Shown here: positions 58,734-64,000 of the stretch, one piece after another
Position numbering within the stretch: the stretch's first letter is position 1
Layout of the letters: each line of letters begins with the position of its first letter
Source of the DNA: Nitrospirae bacterium MYbin3
GTDB taxonomy: Bacteria > Nitrospirota > Thermodesulfovibrionia > Thermodesulfovibrionales > Dissulfurispiraceae
DNA length: 64,000 nucleotides
Assembly: GCA_002753335.1 (NCBI GenBank)
Contig: PEAD01000015.1
Span: 1 to 64,000, forward strand
Direction: 5' to 3'
Notes under the pieces: generated by a model
Database searches by the model: none
Told to the model about the DNA's origin: nothing
What the model saw: the letters and a program-made list of their open reading frames with translations, nothing else
Program-made: the position numbers and the translations under genes

Positions 58734-59804
58734 CTATGGCAGCGGCTTGCCGGTTATTATCCTGAATATGTCGTTGTACATAGCAAAGGCCATCAGCATT
58801 ACGAGAAGCGCAATGCCGACTTTTTGGGAAATTATGATAATCTTCTCGCTCAAAGGTTTTTTTCTCAACGCTTCGATGCCGAGGAACACAAGATGGCCGC
58901 CGTCCAGCACAGGAATAGGCAGAAGATTCAGCACGCCCAGATTTATGCTTATGACCGCCGCAAAGGTAAAGTAACTGAGAAACCCTGCGTTCGCCTGCTT
59001 TTCTGCAAGCTGAAAAATAAGTATCGGCCCGCCTATGTTGTCAGCAGGAACAATGCGCTGGATCAGCTTAACCATTCCTACAACCGTAAGCACGCTTATT
59101 TCCCACGTCTTTAAAAAAGCCTGCTTCACAGAGCCGGCAAGGCTTTCTTTGTAAACTATCGTATCCCCTAAAGGTTTTATTCCGATAAGCCCTACTGTTT
59201 TTTCTTCACCAAAAATGTCCTTCGTCTTTTTGCTTTGGGGCGTTACTTTAAAATCTATAAGCTCTTCCGCTCTTTTAATTTTGAAGTTGAGCAGCTTGTC
59301 AGGGCTTTTATGAATCACCTCTGTCATCTCTGACCATTGGCTTATCTGCGCGTCATCTATCTGAACAATCCTGTCGCCTTTCTGAAGCCCGGCGCTTTCG
59401 GCAGGGGTATCTTTCATCACATCCCCCACAACAGGCAGTAAGGTGGGCACTCCCAAAAGAAATACGAAGAAAAATATAACAACCGCGGTGAAAATATTGA
59501 AAAGCGGGCCGAACAGAATTATCGCTGCACGTTTGTGAATAGGCTGATTCTTAAAGGAGCGCGCCATGTCGGACTGCTCCACCTCGTCTTCAACCTCTTC
59601 ACCAAGCATTTTTACATAGCCGCCAAGAGGCACAGCAGAAAGCATGTATTCGGTCTCGCCTATCTTTCTGCCCACAATCTTGGGGCCAAAGCCAAGAGAA
59701 AACTTCAGCACCTTAACATTGCTGAGTTTCGCAAAAAGAAAATGTCCGAGTTCGTGGATAAAAATCAAGAAGCCAAAAAGAAGCATCGCCGATAGAAAGC
59801 TCAA
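58734..59804 (-). CDS. rseP: RIP metalloprotease RseP
   Basis: HELGH, PDZ domain, NLLPIPVLDGG. Confidence 0.95.
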   Translation of the reverse strand: MSFLSAMLLFGFLIFIHELGHFLFAKLSNVKVLKFSLGFGPKIVGRKIGETEYMLSAVPLGGYVKMLGEEVEDEVEQSDMARSFKNQPIHKRAAIILFGPLFNIFTAVVIFFFVFLLGVPTLLPVVGDVMKDTPAESAGLQKGDRIVQIDDAQISQWSEMTEVIHKSPDKLLNFKIKRAEELIDFKVTPQSKKTKDIFGEEKTVGLIGIKPLGDTIVYKESLAGSVKQAFLKTWEISVLTVVGMVKLIQRIVPADNIGGPILIFQLAEKQANAGFLSYFTFAAVISINLGVLNLLPIPVLDGGHLVFLGIEALRKKPLSEKIIIISQKVGIALLVMLMAFAMYNDIFRIITGKPLP

Positions 59805-60952
59805 CTTTTAATCTCCTTTGCCGCATTTTTTCTCGCCCATGCATCCGCTTCTATTATGCCGTCCAGATCAGAGGCGGGTTTTACTGCATGAGCATCCATA
59901 ACTTTTTTGATTATAACAGGTATCTCCATAAAGCCAATGCCACGGTCCAGAAATGCCTGCACAGCAACTTCGTTTGCAGCGTTTAAAACCGCCGGCATTG
60001 TGCCTCCATCTCTCAGCGCGTCATACGCCAAACCAAGGCAGGGGAATGTCTCCATATCAGGTTTTCTGAAGGTAAGAGACTGCAGGGTTTCCCAATCCAT
60101 TTTAGGAATAACGCTTTCAAGCCTATCGGGATATGAGAGCGCATAAGCGATAGGCGCCTTCATGTCCGGCCTTGAAAGCTGGGCTATAAAAGTTCCATCA
60201 ACAAACTCCACCATCGAATGAATTATGCTCTGGGAGTGAATCAGGACATCAACTTTTTCTGCGGGAAAGCCGAAAAGATGGTGCGCCTCTATCACTTCAA
60301 GACCTTTATTCATAAGCGTTGCCGAGTCTATAGATATTTTTCTGCCCATGCTCCAGTTAGGATGCTTCAGCGCATCTTCGGGTGTTACTTTCTCGAGTTC
60401 GTTTTTTCCCCTTCCTGCAAAAGGGCCGCCGGATGCGGTAAGAACAAGCTTTTGCACCGACCGCTTCTCATAATTTCCGAGGCATTGAAACACCGCGCTG
60501 TGCTCGCTGTCAACAGGTATCAATACAGACCCCGAACGCTTAGCCTCTGACATAACTATATCGCCCGCCATTACAAGCGTCTCTTTATTTGCTATGCCGA
60601 CGGTCTTGCCCGCCTTAATTGCCGAAAGAGTGGGCAGCAAGCCTGCGCTCCCGACTATGGCCGAAATCACAACATCAGCTTCGGACAGCGCTGCGACCGC
60701 ATTTATGCCGTCAACGCCGCATAGCAGTTCGATTTTCTGGCCGGTCAGCTCTTTTTTAAGAATTTCGTACGAGCCTTGTTGAGGTACAGCAACAAATTTT
60801 GGGGAGAACTTTTTTATCTGGCTCAAGAGCAGTTCTGTATTGCTTCCTGCTGTCAGGCCGAGCACGCTGAATTTATCAGGAAACACCGAGACAACATCGA
60901 GCGTGCTTCTGCCTATAGAGCCGGTGGAGCCTAAAATGACAATCTGCTTCAT
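59801..60952 (-). CDS. dxr: 1-deoxy-D-xylulose-5-phosphate reductoisomerase
   Basis: LGSTGSIG, ANKE, PVDSEH, HPNWSMG, NAANE; start taken at MKQIV. Confidence 0.96.
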   Translation of the reverse strand: MKQIVILGSTGSIGRSTLDVVSVFPDKFSVLGLTAGSNTELLLSQIKKFSPKFVAVPQQGSYEILKKELTGQKIELLCGVDGINAVAALSEADVVISAIVGSAGLLPTLSAIKAGKTVGIANKETLVMAGDIVMSEAKRSGSVLIPVDSEHSAVFQCLGNYEKRSVQKLVLTASGGPFAGRGKNELEKVTPEDALKHPNWSMGRKISIDSATLMNKGLEVIEAHHLFGFPAEKVDVLIHSQSIIHSMVEFVDGTFIAQLSRPDMKAPIAYALSYPDRLESVIPKMDWETLQSLTFRKPDMETFPCLGLAYDALRDGGTMPAVLNAANEVAVQAFLDRGIGFMEIPVIIKKVMDAHAVKPASDLDGIIEADAWARKNAAKEIKS

Positions 60953-61767
60953 AATACGAGCGTCATCCAATAAAGAGCAGGCCCCGCATAAAGCGAGCCA
61001 TCAAGCTTGTCCAGAATGCCTCCGTGGCCCGGCACTATAGAGCCGGAATCCTTCACGCCTGCATCCCGCTTGAACATCGATTCTACAAGATCTCCGGCAA
61101 TAGTCACCAAACCTATAACAGCGCCCATAGCCGCTAAAGAGGCATCAGGGCTTTTCGTCAATAAAAGCCTGCCTAAAATAAGTGCAGCAATAATTCCACC
61201 GGCAACAGAACCTACAGCGCCTTCCACAGTTTTGTTAGGGCTTACCGACGGATAAAGCTTTCTTTTCCCAAGGTTCGTGCCGACATAAAAGGCCAAGCTG
61301 TCAGAAGCCCAGACGCAGCCGTAAAGAAATATAATCCATTCAGCCCCCTGAAGCCTGAGATACCATTGTGCGCTCATAAGATTCGGAACATACAGGAAGC
61401 CTATTATGGCCGGCGCAAGATCAGAGAGAGAGGCTGAAGGCTCTTTTATCAAGAAAAGACGCGCCGATGCCATAAGCACAAACGAAAGCATGAAGAATAT
61501 TCCGTTGATGCTGTATCCGCTCATATCTATGACCGAATAGCGCGACAGATATAGGGATGACATCAGGAGCAGTCCGCTGACTATGCCCCATATCGCCAGC
61601 TCTTTTCTGGTTTTGTACATCGAATAAAATTCTGCCTGCCCCAGCGCAGATACCAGCGAAAGCAACAAAAGGAAATAAACGGACGAAAGTTTTGTGATAT
61701 ATAGGTAGAGCAGCGGCAGCGCGACAGCCGCGACCACAAGGCGCTGAAGATGCATCAACCGCCCCAC
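60949..61767 (-). CDS. cdsA: Phosphatidate cytidylyltransferase
   Basis: SPNKTVEG, GDLVESMFKRDAGVKDSG, PGHGGILD. Confidence 0.95.
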   Translation of the reverse strand: MGRLMHLQRLVVAAVALPLLYLYITKLSSVYFLLLLSLVSALGQAEFYSMYKTRKELAIWGIVSGLLLMSSLYLSRYSVIDMSGYSINGIFFMLSFVLMASARLFLIKEPSASLSDLAPAIIGFLYVPNLMSAQWYLRLQGAEWIIFLYGCVWASDSLAFYVGTNLGKRKLYPSVSPNKTVEGAVGSVAGGIIAALILGRLLLTKSPDASLAAMGAVIGLVTIAGDLVESMFKRDAGVKDSGSIVPGHGGILDKLDGSLYAGPALYWMTLVL

Positions 61768-62489
61768 GAATTAAAGGCTTTGGGTTGTGATAGATTTACG
61801 GCTCCGAAACGCCTGCTGCGCTTCTGGTATTCTCTGACAGCCTCAAGAAGTTCGTCTTTGGTAAAATCGGGCCAGAGCGTGTCGGTGAAATAAAACTCAG
61901 AATAGGCCGACTGCCATAGCAGAAAATTACTGATGCGCTGCTCACCGCTCGTCCTGATTATGAGGTCCGGGTCCGGCACTCCGGCTGTGTCCATCAGGCT
62001 ACTGAAAAGCTCCTCATTAACAGTATCGGCTGAAGCTCCTGATTGAACTATTTTTTTTGCGGCCCTTATTATCTCGTCGCGGCCGCCATAGCTTAGAGCA
62101 CACTGCAGCGTCAGCCTTTTATTTTCTGCGGTGCCCTTCTCGACCTGCTCAATCACTGCACCTACGGTGCGCGGCAGCCTGTCGCGGTTTCCGATTATCC
62201 TGAACCTTATGCCTTCCCTCATAAAATTTAGAAACTCCCTCGACAGGGTAGTTTCCAGAAGCCCCATAATTACGGATATCTCATCCTCCGGCCTTTTCCA
62301 GTTCTCGATAGAAAAAGCATACAGAGACAATGCCTCTATGCCTATACCGGTTGCGGCCTCGACCATCTCCGAAACCCTCTCAACTCCCCTTTTATGCCCT
62401 TCAACGCGCGGCAATCCCCGCATCTCGGCCCACCGTCCATTGCCGTCCATTATAATGCCTATATGCTTTGGTATTGACGATTTTTCCAA
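61755..62489 (-). CDS. uppS: Undecaprenyl diphosphate synthase
   Basis: IMDGNGRWA, FSIENW, IRTSGEQRISNFLLWQ. Confidence 0.96.
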   Translation of the reverse strand: MEKSSIPKHIGIIMDGNGRWAEMRGLPRVEGHKRGVERVSEMVEAATGIGIEALSLYAFSIENWKRPEDEISVIMGLLETTLSREFLNFMREGIRFRIIGNRDRLPRTVGAVIEQVEKGTAENKRLTLQCALSYGGRDEIIRAAKKIVQSGASADTVNEELFSSLMDTAGVPDPDLIIRTSGEQRISNFLLWQSAYSEFYFTDTLWPDFTKDELLEAVREYQKRSRRFGAVNLSQPKAFNSWGG

Positions 62490-62508
62490 AAAAAACCTCC
62501 AGAAAAAA

Positions 62509-64000
62509 CTACATGCCCTTCATAGGATAAATATTGAGCGTTACACCCAGTGGGCTTCTGCCTTTTAGCACGTTGGTCATATTCACACCAAAAAGAGATT
62601 TCGAAAGCACCACAAGTTTGTTGTCGATGAAAACATAATCGTAAAGCTCTCCGCTTATCTTATCAACAAGAGTCCTCTCTTCTACGGTCAGCCCGTTCCA
62701 AAGAAGGCTTTTTATGGCCGACTTCCTGTAGCCAAGCCCCCGTGACATCCCGACAAGCGGTGTGCGGAATGGGGCAAGAATCTCTCCGTAGTTGTTCAGC
62801 ATCCTGTCTTTGATGGCCCATTCGCCCCTGTCAACCATGACTGTAGGAGCTTCTTTTTTATAGCTTATAGAAAACCCTCCGTAGTCCTGTCTGCTCCGCC
62901 AAACATTCACTCCGCTCTCGTTGTAAAGGGTCAGATATCCTTCGTGGTCCCATGCAAGAACCCCTTTTTCTCCGCCGATCGCCCTGATAAACTGAAAGTC
63001 GTATATATTCACTCCGGAAGGAATCTTGAACCTTTCGGCCTTCTTGTATGCGCCGTCTTTAAATACTATAGTGAAAACATCGCCGTCATAACCTGAACTC
63101 TTGTCAAACTCCTGCCCCAAGATGCTTCCTTCAAAAGCGCGAACAAACATCCCATTAATCTTGGCAAGCAAAACCAACCCCCCCGGAACGCCGCCTTTCA
63201 CCTGAGTCGGCTTAGCTGGATCGAATTCGTATATGTAGGAATTGACCACACCTTCGGACATCGCGGTTACAAGGATTTTGGACCGTCCGCCTTTGCCAGA
63301 CTCTATTGTGTCCATCCACAATATCTCGCCCTTGGGCGCAGCCTTTAATGTCCAGAGCAGCTTCAGGTCAAGTCCGTAGCGGTACACCTCAATTTCATCA
63401 CCTGCAGATAGAAGCAGATCCTGAATGCCGTCGCCGTCAACATCTCCGAGCGCCATATGTCTAGACCGTGAAGGCAGATCTATCGATAGCAGCACAGCGC
63501 CTTCCTGTTCGGCGTACAAACCTGATTTGAAGCGCAGCTCCTTTACATGGCCGCTGTTTATTGATGCAGCGCTTCCGCCGAACTGCTTTGCATCATTTGC
63601 CCAGAAAAATTTTTGTGTCAGGTTTATCAGGCCTGCCGACTCTGTCGAATCAAGGGCCAGCAGAATTTCTGCACCTTTTTCTCTGGCTTCGGCCGTAAGC
63701 TTAGCGATGTCTTCGGTCTCGATGCCGGTGTCAATAAGCTCAAACCTGCCGCTGTCCTTGAGAAGCTGGTAATAGGCGTCTCCCAAATACCAGTCAACCT
63801 TGCCCTGATAAAAGAGCAGTTTGACCTTCTTTGCCGGAATCTTTATTTTGGCCTTCTCGAAATCTTCGGGCTTGCCCTGAACTATCGCACCTTCTGAAGT
63901 ATCATCACTTGCTGATACTATCTCGATATTCCCTACCGGCATCTCCATGCGACCCAATGCCTCTTTTGTTACAGGATGGACAAACTTTACTCCTTCTGTA
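62509..64000 (-). CDS. FG-GAP/VCBS-repeat-containing protein (5' end outside the window)
   Basis: Open frame to the window edge (..FVHPVTKEALGRME); GDVDGDGIQDL repeat motif. Confidence 0.6.
   Translation of the reverse strand, partial: TEGVKFVHPVTKEALGRMEMPVGNIEIVSASDDTSEGAIVQGKPEDFEKAKIKIPAKKVKLLFYQGKVDWYLGDAYYQLLKDSGRFELIDTGIETEDIAKLTAEAREKGAEILLALDSTESAGLINLTQKFFWANDAKQFGGSAASINSGHVKELRFKSGLYAEQEGAVLLSIDLPSRSRHMALGDVDGDGIQDLLLSAGDEIEVYRYGLDLKLLWTLKAAPKGEILWMDTIESGKGGRSKILVTAMSEGVVNSYIYEFDPAKPTQVKGGVPGGLVLLAKINGMFVRAFEGSILGQEFDKSSGYDGDVFTIVFKDGAYKKAERFKIPSGVNIYDFQFIRAIGGEKGVLAWDHEGYLTLYNESGVNVWRSRQDYGGFSISYKKEAPTVMVDRGEWAIKDRMLNNYGEILAPFRTPLVGMSRGLGYRKSAIKSLLWNGLTVEERTLVDKISGELYDYVFIDNKLVVLSKSLFGVNMTNVLKGRSPLGVTLNIYPMKGM

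Overview
This is a 64 kb bacterial chromosomal window from a diderm anaerobe. The gene complement suggests Nitrospirota (Thermodesulfovibrionia-like) or a deltaproteobacterium, which is inference only. In order, it contains: an AT-rich membrane-glycosyltransferase/TPR gene and a large type IV prepilin; bamA-skp-lpxD-fabZ-lpxA-lpxI; gltX; a glnS interrupted by an in-frame TAA; tRNA-Leu(CAG); and a three-gene unit of motA, motB and a multidomain protein (cNMP-binding, HTH-like, FliG C-terminal-like) with no other flagellar genes nearby. Next come a 16-gene cobamide operon led by a bzaF-type gene under a cobalamin riboswitch, kup with a sigma54 two-component system, and a core MetE-like methyltransferase. 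These are followed by an ArsR-led selenium operon with three in-frame UGA (Sec) genes missed by the ORF track, a SprA-related/FlaG-like cluster, an MFS transporter, a ferredoxin and a DsrH/E/F-TusA sulfur relay. The window ends with minor pilins, PilY1, pilMNOPQ and rfaE2-NUDIX-rseP-dxr-cdsA-uppS. The best candidates for undescribed biology are the cNMP-FliG_C/MotAB module (14153-16783) and the selenoprotein operon with an exported HMA-fold U-x-x-N protein (37319-40975). All family assignments are by-eye motif recognition; no database searches were run.
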